From: a virus
Taxonomy: Duplodnaviria; Caudoviricetes
Strand: one strand, 5' to 3'
Virus record (IMG/VR): IMGVR_UViG_3300035135_001547
Coordinates: 1 to 32,068 of that record
DNA: 32,068 nucleotides
Shown here: piece after piece, positions 16,378 through 25,276 of the stretch
How positions within the stretch are numbered: position 1 is the first letter of the stretch
How the letters are laid out: every line of letters begins with the position of its first letter
The notes under the pieces: generated by a model
Seen by the model: the letters and a program-made list of their open reading frames with translations, nothing else
Database searches by the model: none
What the model was told of the DNA's origin: nothing
Translations under genes and position numbers: made by a program

Positions 16378-18086
16378 AGATACAATTTAAGACGGTGCGG
16401 TATAAAAACCTACTGTCCTCAGGCAACTCTTGGGCTGAGATTAAGCTTGACGAGAGCAGAACCACTTTGATTAGTGGAACTAACGGTAGCGGTAAGTCAA
16501 CATTGTTGGACGCTATCGTTTTCGGTTTATATGGCAAAGCCTTTCGTAAAATCAATAAAAACCAACTTATTAATAGTATCAATGGTCGTGAGACTGTTGT
16601 TGAGATTGTGTTTAAGATTGGTCAAAATACTTATAAGATTAAGCGTGGTATCAAACCTAATATCTTTGAGATTTGGAAAAATGGTGAAATGATTAATCAA
16701 GATGCGTATGCAAAAGATTATCAATCCCATCTTGAACAAAATGTTCTTAAACTCAATTATAAATCATTCAATCAAATCGTCGTATTAGGATCGGCAACTT
16801 ATGTTCCTTTTATGGAATTGCCTGCTCATACAAGACGTGATATTATTGAGGACTTGCTTGATATTCAAGTATTTAGTACAATGAATACTTTATTAAAAGA
16901 TCGCGTATCTTCTAATAAAACTGAAATCACTGAAAACAGTTATCAGATGGATTTAACAGAGCAAAAACTCCTTTCCGCAAAAGAACACAATGCAAGCATT
17001 CGTAAAATTAAAGAAGACGAAGTACAGCGTGTTCGCGAGAAAATGTCTGACCATATCACCACAATTGAAAATGAAAAGAATGCAATTGCAAACTGTGAGC
17101 AAGTAATAGAAGAACTATACAAAACAATTACTGATAAGCAAGAACAAAAAGATAAACTTGAAAAAGCAAAAAGTTTACGTCGAGATCTTGAGTCTGCATT
17201 GCGCGGCCATATCAAAGAATTGACTTTTTATCATGACCACGATAACTGTCCTACTTGTAAGCAAGGAATTGACCATGAATTTAAAGAAAACATTGTCTCG
17301 GAAAAAACCCAAAAGCAAAAAGAAGTCGAGGACGGATTACAGCAATTGGCAGATAAGACAAATTCATATGAAAATAGGATTGAAGAAATATCCAAAGTCG
17401 AAGACGAGATCAGAGATATAAACCTTACAATTGGTGATCATCGTGCGACTATCAAGGTTGCAAAAAATGCGTTAGTTTCTTATAAAAATGAACTAACAAA
17501 AGCAGAAGAACAAGTTGAAGCCGTTGATACAAAATCCTTAGTTAAACTTGCCGAGGCGTTAAAAAATGCAGAAGAAAATCAACAAAAACTGTTTGACCAA
17601 AAAGAGGTACTTGCTGTTGTCCAAACAATGTTAAGAGATGGCGGTATCAAAACAAAAATCATTCGTCAGTATATTCCTGTTATGAATAAACTTATTAACA
17701 AATATCTTGGCGCATTTGATTTGTTCGTTGACTTTCAACTTGATGAAAACTTTAATGAGATTATTAAGTCAAGATTCCGTGATACATTCTCATATGCCTC
17801 GTTCTCTGAAGGTGAGAAACTTCGTATTACGTTATCAATTATGTTAGCATGGCGATCAGTTGCCAAACTTCGCAATTCAGTATCAACAAACCTATTAATG
17901 CTTGATGAAACACTAGATGGCGCACTTGATTCTGTCGGAATTGAGAACTTAATTGATACTTTGCATAATCTAAATTCTGACGATAACATATTTGTTATTA
18001 GTCATCGCGGACATCAGTTTGGTGACAAGTTTGATGCCCACATCCGTTTCCAAAAAGTTAAGAATTTTAGTGAGATCACAGCATGA
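16374..18086 (+). CDS. gp46: recombination ATPase subunit gp46 (Rad50/SbcC-like)
   Basis: Walker A GTNGSGKST, zinc hook CPTC, signature FSEGE, Walker B LMLDE, ISH. Confidence 0.95.
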   Translation: MKIQFKTVRYKNLLSSGNSWAEIKLDESRTTLISGTNGSGKSTLLDAIVFGLYGKAFRKINKNQLINSINGRETVVEIVFKIGQNTYKIKRGIKPNIFEIWKNGEMINQDAYAKDYQSHLEQNVLKLNYKSFNQIVVLGSATYVPFMELPAHTRRDIIEDLLDIQVFSTMNTLLKDRVSSNKTEITENSYQMDLTEQKLLSAKEHNASIRKIKEDEVQRVREKMSDHITTIENEKNAIANCEQVIEELYKTITDKQEQKDKLEKAKSLRRDLESALRGHIKELTFYHDHDNCPTCKQGIDHEFKENIVSEKTQKQKEVEDGLQQLADKTNSYENRIEEISKVEDEIRDINLTIGDHRATIKVAKNALVSYKNELTKAEEQVEAVDTKSLVKLAEALKNAEENQQKLFDQKEVLAVVQTMLRDGGIKTKIIRQYIPVMNKLINKYLGAFDLFVDFQLDENFNEIIKSRFRDTFSYASFSEGEKLRITLSIMLAWRSVAKLRNSVSTNLLMLDETLDGALDSVGIENLIDTLHNLNSDDNIFVISHRGHQFGDKFDAHIRFQKVKNFSEITA

Positions 18087-18817
18087 TACAGTCATTACAC
18101 AACGGCATGTCCGTCAAAGGAATCAATGATATACAAACAATCCAAACTTTATACCATGAATTTTTAACAGGTAAAACTTACGATTGGTGGCATAAAGTAC
18201 AACCTGGTGATATTGTAATGGACTTAGGCGCTTGTAATGGAATGTTTACTTGTCAGGCCTTAGATATGGGCGCAAGTAAAGTATACGCAGTTGAAGCCAA
18301 TCCTGAACTTTGTGAAACGATATTAATTAATGCAATGCCACATATTAAAAATAAAGCGGTATCACCAGTATCAATCACAAACTGCTTTGTTGGTGATGTT
18401 AAAGATTTTGCATTTGGAGACTTTGATTTAGATAAAGTCCCTGCTCGACCTTTCATGGATTTAATTAAAGACTATGATATAGATCATCTTGACTTTCTTA
18501 AAATTGATTGTGAAGGTGGAGAGTTTTCAGTCTTTACTGATGAAAACATTGATTGGATTGTTCAAAATGTAACACACATTGCAGTTGAGTTTCATATGAA
18601 TATATCAGAAGACGCCGTTGAAAAATATAAACACATTCGTAACGTGTTATTTAAAAAGTTTCCGAGAACACATTGGAAGATTAATTACCGTGACAATAAC
18701 CATCGTATTAAGGCAAATGATGACGAATGGCTTGATACAATTGAAGTCGGCAAAGATCAGTGGGGTACAACCTGGATGACTTATATTACGAATTACAAAA
18801 AGACCGGGAAAAAATGA
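18083..18817 (+). CDS. FkbM family methyltransferase
   Basis: VMDLGACNGMF, VYAVEANP, DFLKIDCEGGE, IAVEFH. Confidence 0.88.
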   Translation: MIQSLHNGMSVKGINDIQTIQTLYHEFLTGKTYDWWHKVQPGDIVMDLGACNGMFTCQALDMGASKVYAVEANPELCETILINAMPHIKNKAVSPVSITNCFVGDVKDFAFGDFDLDKVPARPFMDLIKDYDIDHLDFLKIDCEGGEFSVFTDENIDWIVQNVTHIAVEFHMNISEDAVEKYKHIRNVLFKKFPRTHWKINYRDNNHRIKANDDEWLDTIEVGKDQWGTTWMTYITNYKKTGKK

Positions 18818-18846
18818 TTGACATTTCGTTAGCTACCATTTACAAT
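18818..18846 (+). promoter_or_regulatory. sigma70-type promoter for gp43
   Basis: TTGACA-N17-TACAAT. Confidence 0.8.
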
Positions 18847-18871
18847 AGTACAAAATTACGAAAGGCTTTCT

Positions 18872-21406
18872 ATGAATTTCTATACATCAGTTGAACGATT
18901 TGGCAACACAATCTTGTGGCGTGGTTATGAAAATGGCTCGCGCTTTGAGCGTAAAGTTAAATACGAGCCAACTCTTTATATTACAACAAAGAATCAGGCA
19001 TCTGAATACCAATCGCTCTTTACTAAAAAGCCATTGATGCCAAAATCTTTTGACAGCATGAAAGATGCAAAGGAATTTGTTGAACAGTACAAAGGTGTTC
19101 ATGGTCTTGAGATTTGCGGCAATACAAACTATGTATCGCAATTCATACAAAAACAGTATCCTGATGAAATTAAGTTTGATATTTCAAAAATTAATATCGT
19201 ATCGTTTGACATTGAGGTTGACGTATCTGATGGTTATGCTGATATGGATTTTGCTGATAAAGAAATTACATCTATTGCTTACAAATCTTCAAAGTCGAGT
19301 ACTTATCATTTGCTTGGTCGTAAAGATTATGACAAAACAAAGACACTTACTGATATTCCACAAGAAGACATTCAATTCATGAAGTTTGATACTGAGGAGG
19401 CATTGCTTCGTCGGTTCCTTCAAATCTGGGTAAACGACTATCCTGATATTGTTACAGGTTGGAACGTCGAGTTCTTTGATATTCAATACATCATTACTCG
19501 TATGAAAAACCTGTTAGGTGAAGAACGTATCAAAGAGTTATCTCCTTGGCGTTCAGTTCGTCCGTATTCTCGAGAGTTCTTCGGTAAAGAACAAGGTTCT
19601 TATCGCATTGGCGGTATTGCCGTGATTGACTATATGGATGCCTTTAAAAAGTTTGGATATAAGTACGGTCCTCAAGAGTCTTGGAAACTTGATCATATTG
19701 CATATGTTGTCCTTGGCGAAAAGAAGATGGATTATTCTGAATATGGCAACTTGACAAACTTGTATGAACAAAATCCACAACTGTACCTTGACTATAATCT
19801 TAAGGATACTTGGTTAATACAAAGGTTTGAAGATGAAACCGGTTTGTTATCTCTTGTTATGACTGTTGCATATGGCGGTGGAGTTAATTACGGTGACGCG
19901 TTTGGTACTGTGGGTATTTGGGAAACAACTTTATATCGTAGATTGATTAAAGAAAAGCGAGTACCTCCAATCAAAGGTGGCCCAGGCCAACGAGCTGGTG
20001 AATTGGTTGGCGGTTACGTTAAAGATCCTAAAGTTGGCATGCATCCTTGGATCGTATCGTTTGATTTAAACTCGCTGTATCCTCACTTGATGCTACAATA
20101 TAATATGTCTCCTGAAACTTATCTTGAAGATGAACGTAAATATGTATCACAAGATATGGTTCTTAATGACAAATATAAAAATGATAATCCTGATATATCA
20201 GTAGCTGCAAACGGCGTTGCTTTTACAAATAAGTTCAAAGGTATTATCCCTGAGATCATTGACGAATACTATGGTAATCGTTCTATAATCAAAAAGAATA
20301 TGTTAAAAGTTGAGCAACAACTCGAAGATGCAACAGACCCTGAAGAAAAAGCAAGATTGAAACGTGAAGCAAATCAGTTACACAATTCTCAAATGGCTAT
20401 TAAGATTGCGATGAACTCGCTTTATGGCGCAACTGCAAACATTTATTTCCTTTACTATATTAACGAAATGGCCGAAGCAATTACAACATCAGGTCAGCTA
20501 TCAATTCGATATGCTCAAAAGTCTGTAAATCAATATATGAACAAAGTACTTAAAACTGATAACGAAGATTACATCGTTTATATTGATACCGACTCTATTT
20601 ACGTTGATATGGCTCCTATCGTCAAGTCGGCATTTGGTACCGTTGATGTTGATCGTAAAAAAGGTGAAGAGTTTCTCGACAAAGTTTGCCAAATGAAAAT
20701 TGAACCTGTTATTGATGCAGGATATAAAGAACTTGCTGAGAAGATGGGCGCCTACCGCCAGGCAATGGGTATGAAACGAGAAAAGATTACTGACAAATCT
20801 GTATTCATTGCTAAGAAAAGATATATTATGAATACTCTAAATTCTGAAGGTGTTCATTATGAAGAACCAAAGATCTCAGTCACAGGCCTTGAGTCGGTTC
20901 GTTCATCAACACCAGAAGTATGCCGAGATAAGCTCAAGCAATCATTTAAAGTTATTATGAATGATGGCGAAGAAGCGATGCAAAACTTTATTGAGGAATT
21001 CAGGCAGCAATTCCGTAGACTCAATCCTGAAGACATTGGTCGTAATTCAGGTACTGATAATATTGATAAGTACACAGTTCGTGGGACATACAAGAAAGGT
21101 TGTCCTATGCACGTTCGCGGATGTATCTTGTACAATAATTACCTAAAAGAAAAACAGCTAAATAAAAGGTATGAGTCGATTATTGGTGGCGATAAGATTA
21201 AGTTCGTTTATCTTAAAATGCCAAACCCAATTCGTGAGAACATTATTTCGTTCCCAGGCGTTTTACCACCAGAAATGGAATTGACAAACTACATAGACTA
21301 TGATAAACAATTTGAAAAGGTATTTCTTAGTCCAATAGAATCAATCCTTGAAGCAATTGGATGGTCTGCTGAAAAAGTTAATACCCTCGAAGACTTCTTT
21401 AGTTAG
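18872..21406 (+). CDS. gp43: family B DNA polymerase (T4 gp43)
   Basis: Exo FDIEV, GWNVEFFD, YNLKD; pol SFDLNSLYP, KIAMNSLYG, YIDTDS, KKRY; C-terminal clamp-binding LEDFF. Confidence 0.97.
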   Translation: MNFYTSVERFGNTILWRGYENGSRFERKVKYEPTLYITTKNQASEYQSLFTKKPLMPKSFDSMKDAKEFVEQYKGVHGLEICGNTNYVSQFIQKQYPDEIKFDISKINIVSFDIEVDVSDGYADMDFADKEITSIAYKSSKSSTYHLLGRKDYDKTKTLTDIPQEDIQFMKFDTEEALLRRFLQIWVNDYPDIVTGWNVEFFDIQYIITRMKNLLGEERIKELSPWRSVRPYSREFFGKEQGSYRIGGIAVIDYMDAFKKFGYKYGPQESWKLDHIAYVVLGEKKMDYSEYGNLTNLYEQNPQLYLDYNLKDTWLIQRFEDETGLLSLVMTVAYGGGVNYGDAFGTVGIWETTLYRRLIKEKRVPPIKGGPGQRAGELVGGYVKDPKVGMHPWIVSFDLNSLYPHLMLQYNMSPETYLEDERKYVSQDMVLNDKYKNDNPDISVAANGVAFTNKFKGIIPEIIDEYYGNRSIIKKNMLKVEQQLEDATDPEEKARLKREANQLHNSQMAIKIAMNSLYGATANIYFLYYINEMAEAITTSGQLSIRYAQKSVNQYMNKVLKTDNEDYIVYIDTDSIYVDMAPIVKSAFGTVDVDRKKGEEFLDKVCQMKIEPVIDAGYKELAEKMGAYRQAMGMKREKITDKSVFIAKKRYIMNTLNSEGVHYEEPKISVTGLESVRSSTPEVCRDKLKQSFKVIMNDGEEAMQNFIEEFRQQFRRLNPEDIGRNSGTDNIDKYTVRGTYKKGCPMHVRGCILYNNYLKEKQLNKRYESIIGGDKIKFVYLKMPNPIRENIISFPGVLPPEMELTNYIDYDKQFEKVFLSPIESILEAIGWSAEKVNTLEDFFS

Positions 21407-21415
21407 GAGAAAGAT

Positions 21416-21604
21416 ATGAATAATAATGCAACAAAAATTGCTCAGCTTGAAGCGGCATGGCGCTATCAGAACACAGTAGTTGAAGCGTTAGAAGCCGAGA
21501 AATGTCCTGACAAATATTTAACAAAAGCTAAGAAAGAACGATTGCGCATTAAAGATTTAATTGCTAAGTTGAAAAGAGAATCTGAAAATGATGATGCAGA
21601 ATAA
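21416..21604 (+). CDS. small coiled-coil protein, DUF465/YdcH-like
   Basis: KKERLRIKDLIA..K pattern; AGGAG RBS. Confidence 0.6.
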   Translation: MNNNATKIAQLEAAWRYQNTVVEALEAEKCPDKYLTKAKKERLRIKDLIAKLKRESENDDAE

Positions 21605-21845
21605 CGATAAGCTTGAGGTACTTACCATCTTAATGGAAGAATGCGCTGAAGTTATTAAAGAGTGTTCTAAAATACAAAGATTTGGTTTACATCCGGACAA
21701 AAATGTGTTAGAATTAGAAATAGGCGATCTTATGTGTATGATTGAAATCGCAGAAGAATATGGAATGATTGATCTTGAACAAGTTAAAATAGCTGCTCGA
21801 GGTAAGAGAGAAAAACTAAAACAATGGAGTACTTTGAATGTCTGA
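21588..21845 (+). CDS. MazG-like NTP pyrophosphohydrolase domain protein
   Basis: MEECAEV...LELEIGDL (ExxE...ExxD). Confidence 0.7.
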   Translation: MMMQNNDKLEVLTILMEECAEVIKECSKIQRFGLHPDKNVLELEIGDLMCMIEIAEEYGMIDLEQVKIAARGKREKLKQWSTLNV

Positions 21846-22284
21846 TTGGGTAAACGATATCTATATGATGCACAATAAGTTTGGTGTGCGTGATTGGTTT
21901 GAAGAAAACAAAGATAATAAGGAATTGATGCGTAAGTATCTTATGTTCCGTTTGCTAATGTGTCAGGAGGAACTCAGTGAAACACTTGCTGCATACAATA
22001 ATGGTGATTCTGAAGAGATCGTTGATGGTCTCATTGATCTTTGTGTTTTTGCTATTGGCACTCTCGACGTATTCGGTGTTGATGCTAATGACGCTTGGGA
22101 TCGTGTCTATAGTGCTAATATGTCTAAAAAGCCTGGAGTTAAGCCGGGTCGTCCTAATCCGTTTGGGCTTCCTGATCTCCTAAAGCCAAGTGGATGGACA
22201 CCACCAACACATGAAGATAACCATGGCGAGTTTGAAAAAGCCTTAGATAAACTTTCACAAGTAAAATCTGAAGGTGGATGGTAA
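21838..22284 (+). CDS. MazG/PRA-PH-like nucleotide pyrophosphohydrolase
   Basis: QEELSE, EEIVDGLIDL..FAIG, V..ANMSK, LLKP.GW..P. Confidence 0.8.
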   Translation: MSDWVNDIYMMHNKFGVRDWFEENKDNKELMRKYLMFRLLMCQEELSETLAAYNNGDSEEIVDGLIDLCVFAIGTLDVFGVDANDAWDRVYSANMSKKPGVKPGRPNPFGLPDLLKPSGWTPPTHEDNHGEFEKALDKLSQVKSEGGW

Positions 22285-22285
22285 A

Positions 22286-22504
22286 ATGGCAATTAACACG
22301 GCATTCATTCCTGTGTTCGAACAAAAGTTCAAAAGGCTACTTAAAGACATTGAAAAAGAATATGAGAAGCCAAAAGAAGAACGCAACAAAGGCAATATGA
22401 AAAAGTGGAGTAAAGAAGCAAAAAGTCTTCGCCAATTGTTTCGTGAATGTAAGAAACAAATGGGCGGTCAGTGCTGTCCGCATTGTGGCGAAGAAATAGA
22501 ATAA
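22286..22504 (+). CDS. hypothetical protein with C-terminal CPHCG
   Basis: Basic helical ORF; likely start MAINT. Confidence 0.65.
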   Translation: MAINTAFIPVFEQKFKRLLKDIEKEYEKPKEERNKGNMKKWSKEAKSLRQLFRECKKQMGGQCCPHCGEEIE

Positions 22505-22525
22505 AAAAATGCGATTGTTAGCGGT

Positions 22526-22553
22526 ATCATTTTGTTAACGTCAACAAAATGAT
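22526..22553. repeat. 28-bp near-perfect palindrome
   Basis: ATCATTTTGTT-AACGTC-AACAAAATGAT, with a single mismatched pair. Confidence 0.8.
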
Positions 22554-22563
22554 CGGATCTTAC

Positions 22564-22571
22564 TATAAATA
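22564..22571 (+). promoter_or_regulatory. T4-type late promoter
   Basis: Exact intergenic TATAAATA upstream of a GAGGAG RBS. Confidence 0.7.
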
Positions 22572-22603
22572 CGTTTAGGTAGGCAATAGAGGAGAATCCG
22601 CCA

Positions 22604-22816
22604 ATGTGTAGTCCGTTTGTACGTAAAGAAGCTAATCGTTTCAATTGGATGATAAAAGGTAAACTAATTGATCCTTCTTGGTCTGACAAAGATGTTGAAG
22701 CAACATACCACTCATATATGAAACGACTTTGGGGTAACAACGAAAACTATATTAATGAAATCGGATTTGAAGCAGCTTGGAAGGCTAGAGAAGCGGAAAT
22801 GCTTAATAGAAGATGA
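22604..22816 (+). CDS. hypothetical protein
   Basis: 70-aa ORF with GAGGAG RBS. Confidence 0.7.
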   Translation: MCSPFVRKEANRFNWMIKGKLIDPSWSDKDVEATYHSYMKRLWGNNENYINEIGFEAAWKAREAEMLNRR

Positions 22817-23371
22817 ATGAGTATAATAAAACCTTATCGGTATAATAAAGTAACATTTGATGGTACATATTATATAAAAGAATTTGAACATTACCAAGCC
22901 CACTTAACTGATGAATGGTCAGTATTGTATGATGGCTTATATAATAAATTTCCTAATATAACACCAGAACTTATAGACTTTGTACCAGGCAAAAAAATTG
23001 TCATGGAAGCAGTTGAAGGTTTAACTCCTCACGAAATTAAATATGATCAGTTAGAGTGGGAATTACAAGATTTAAAAAAGCTACTTGTTATATCACAAAA
23101 ACTAAACGCGGCGTTTGCAGAATATTCTTTAGACCTTAAAGACACATATTACTGTTATCATAGTGATTTAAATTCTACGAATATTATCATACAAGATTTA
23201 GAACAACTTAAGTTTAAATTTATTGACATTGATGCTATTAGGTTTGACTATTCTTTTATGCGTCAAAGTCAATTGGATATATGGGTTGCTGATATATATT
23301 CAGAACTCAGGTGCATGGAATTTGCAAAAGCAGACGCAATTGAAGGATTGATAGTGTCCGCAAGAAAATAA
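22817..23371 (+). CDS. protein-kinase-like (APH/Kdo/RIO-type) phosphotransferase
   Basis: IVMEAVEG hinge, HSDLNSTNII catalytic loop, FIDID. Confidence 0.65.
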   Translation: MSIIKPYRYNKVTFDGTYYIKEFEHYQAHLTDEWSVLYDGLYNKFPNITPELIDFVPGKKIVMEAVEGLTPHEIKYDQLEWELQDLKKLLVISQKLNAAFAEYSLDLKDTYYCYHSDLNSTNIIIQDLEQLKFKFIDIDAIRFDYSFMRQSQLDIWVADIYSELRCMEFAKADAIEGLIVSARK

Positions 23372-23374
23372 CTA

Positions 23375-23403
23375 TTGACATTAGGTTTAGAATCAGTTAT
23401 ATT
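23375..23403 (+). promoter_or_regulatory. sigma70-type early promoter with GAATCAG element
   Basis: TTGACA-TTAGGTTTAGAATCAGT(17)-TATATT. Confidence 0.85.
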
Positions 23404-23439
23404 GATTATATCAAATGAAAACAAAAAGGAAAAAACCAA

Positions 23440-23679
23440 ATGTCAAGAATTGTTCATCTTAAAGACGGTTCAGCAATCAAAGCAGACGTAATTGAATGTT
23501 TTGATCTTGCAGTCAATAACGAGTTCAACACGCGTCCTGGTGTTGGTTCAACTGACTTTTGGAACTTCGTTGAGTCCGACATGTATATGGGACTTAGAAT
23601 TTGGTACAACTCACAATACATCGATGAATGCTTTGAGCGTTTAGCTGATGAGTTTGAAGAAGAGTTTTGTTTAGCATAG
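23440..23679 (+). CDS. hypothetical early protein
   Basis: 79 aa, AAGGA RBS, directly after a promoter. Confidence 0.75.
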   Translation: MSRIVHLKDGSAIKADVIECFDLAVNNEFNTRPGVGSTDFWNFVESDMYMGLRIWYNSQYIDECFERLADEFEEEFCLA

Positions 23680-23687
23680 GAAAAATC

Positions 23688-23891
23688 ATGACTTGGGAAG
23701 TTAGAGCACAAAGAAGCACAAGAGACGCCTGCGTCAACAGTGAAGAGTTGGGCTGGAGCGCTGTTTTGGTTGAGACTCAAGCAGAAGCAGAAGCTTGGTG
23801 GACATGTAGGACAACTCAGAGACACACGACTCGGGTTGTTCATACAATGTTGAACCCAGCTGGTGAAGTTGTTAGAGTATTAATGCAATAA
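23688..23891 (+). CDS. hypothetical early protein
   Basis: Likely start MTWEV with AGGA RBS. Confidence 0.65.
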   Translation: MTWEVRAQRSTRDACVNSEELGWSAVLVETQAEAEAWWTCRTTQRHTTRVVHTMLNPAGEVVRVLMQ

Positions 23892-23895
23892 TCTA

Positions 23896-23924
23896 TTGAC
23901 ATTGTGCTGCGAATCAGATATACT
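23896..23924 (+). promoter_or_regulatory. sigma70-type early promoter with GAATCAG element
   Basis: TTGACA-TTGTGCTGCGAATCAGA(17)-TATACT. Confidence 0.85.
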
Positions 23925-23952
23925 TGTTATATCAAATGAAAAGGAAAATATC

Positions 23953-24267
23953 ATGACTATCAAGACTTCAAATATCGAGATCCGCCAACGCGATACTTAT
24001 TCTTGGAGAGAGTATTCCAAGCAAACTCGCATTTATGTTTGGCCTCGTGGTGAGTCTATCATGGAAAACTTGATGAACCGTAAACAGCGTGAGCATACGG
24101 TTTACAAAAAAGAAGTCATTCCTGGAGTATTAGAGGCAATGGGTTTGCCTGTTGATACCAAGGTTCGTTGGAGTCAATATGCAGGTTGTTCTTGCCCTTG
24201 TTCTCCAGGATTTGTTGTTGATGGTCATAGCCGTCATGATGTTCATGTAGAAGTGGAGGCAGTATAA
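23953..24267 (+). CDS. hypothetical early protein with GCSCPCSPGF motif
   Basis: Start MTIKTS with AAGGA RBS; the track's TTG start is actually the -35 box. Confidence 0.75.
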   Translation: MTIKTSNIEIRQRDTYSWREYSKQTRIYVWPRGESIMENLMNRKQREHTVYKKEVIPGVLEAMGLPVDTKVRWSQYAGCSCPCSPGFVVDGHSRHDVHVEVEAV

Positions 24268-24485
24268 TGTCTATAGTAATGGAAATGGATTTTATTCAAG
24301 ATGAGATTAGTCGTATCAATGCTGATGCGGTTATGTCTGATACTGAACTTAGCATTGCGGCTGAGATCTCAGAGTATTATGATGGTCCTATAGGTCATGC
24401 ACAATCTTGGTGGTTTTGGCATAGTAAGTATGGTATATGGGATACTCCTGATACCACAGGTATGGAGATTATAGATGACTCGTAA
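24267..24485 (+). CDS. hypothetical protein
   Basis: TAATG coupling, GGAGG RBS. Confidence 0.65.
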   Translation: MSIVMEMDFIQDEISRINADAVMSDTELSIAAEISEYYDGPIGHAQSWWFWHSKYGIWDTPDTTGMEIIDDS

Positions 24486-24753
24486 TTATATTTACGATCC
24501 TGTGTCTGAAACTTTTGAATATAAGGGCCGTGTTTACGATGTTGAATACGGCTCAAAAGACACTAGACACGGTGGACCGTTTGACCGTGGTTCTGCTGAC
24601 AGTTATTACAGACGTGGATTAGAACCGCATTATTATGTTGGCGACACAGGTACTTCAGAAAGAGTTACTGATCTAACTGATATTGAAAAAGACGCTTATT
24701 ACGCGGGTCATGCCTTTAATGAGATGAATGGTGACTACAAGGATTGGGGATAA
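24475..24753 (+). CDS. hypothetical phage protein
   Basis: RHGGPFDRGSADSYY.R...PHYY...AYYAG motif. Confidence 0.75.
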   Translation: MTRNYIYDPVSETFEYKGRVYDVEYGSKDTRHGGPFDRGSADSYYRRGLEPHYYVGDTGTSERVTDLTDIEKDAYYAGHAFNEMNGDYKDWG

Positions 24754-24774
24754 ATAATCTCAAAAGAGGTTTAC

Positions 24775-25221
24775 ATGGCAACTGGTACTTTATATTGTAT
24801 TGATCTTGAGATTGATATTCCTGATGTTACATTAGAACAAGTACAGGAATGGGTTAATGAGGACTTAAGATATCCTCACACAATAATTGTACTTAAAGAA
24901 ACCTCTTCTTCAGGAAATCCTGTTTACACCTTTAAAAATCACAACGGACAGTTCGTATTAAATATAGGTGCACACGTAAGAGCAGCTGATGGTTTAACCG
25001 TTGAACAAGAAGACATCTACACGGAAGAAGGTGAAATACCCGATGCGTCAAATGATAAACCTGTCATTATGCCGGAAGGTACTGATTACGATTGGGTAGT
25101 AACTGAAGATGATACAAAATATGTTCTTCTCTCTGATGGTAGAACACTAAGTCCTGGTGATAGACTTAATCCTGATGGCACTATTGATATAGACGTAGAT
25201 TGGCCTCCTTCAAGAAATTAA
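24775..25221 (+). CDS. acidic hypothetical protein
   Basis: 148 aa, GAGG RBS, preceded by late-promoter-like GATAAATA (24749-24756). Confidence 0.7.
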   Translation: MATGTLYCIDLEIDIPDVTLEQVQEWVNEDLRYPHTIIVLKETSSSGNPVYTFKNHNGQFVLNIGAHVRAADGLTVEQEDIYTEEGEIPDASNDKPVIMPEGTDYDWVVTEDDTKYVLLSDGRTLSPGDRLNPDGTIDIDVDWPPSRN

Positions 25222-25224
25222 CTA

Positions 25225-25253
25225 TTGACATTCGTCCGCGAATCAGATAGATT
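25225..25253 (+). promoter_or_regulatory. sigma70-type early promoter with GAATCAG element
   Basis: TTGACA-TTCGTCCGCGAATCAGA(17)-TAGATT. Confidence 0.85.
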
Positions 25254-25276
25254 AAATTTATCAAAAGGAGATAAAC

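Noticed and set aside
18872-21406. Intein, intron or split in gp43
   Set aside because: Continuous 844-aa ORF with normally spaced motifs.
22468-22740. Minus-strand ORF containing DHFVDVNKM, reminiscent of DinD
   Set aside because: The peptide is just the translation of the palindrome; the ORF is antisense to better-supported genes and lacks other DinD features.
23896-23952. TTG start for the 123-aa ORF
   Set aside because: The TTG is the -35 box; the ATG at 23953 has a proper RBS.
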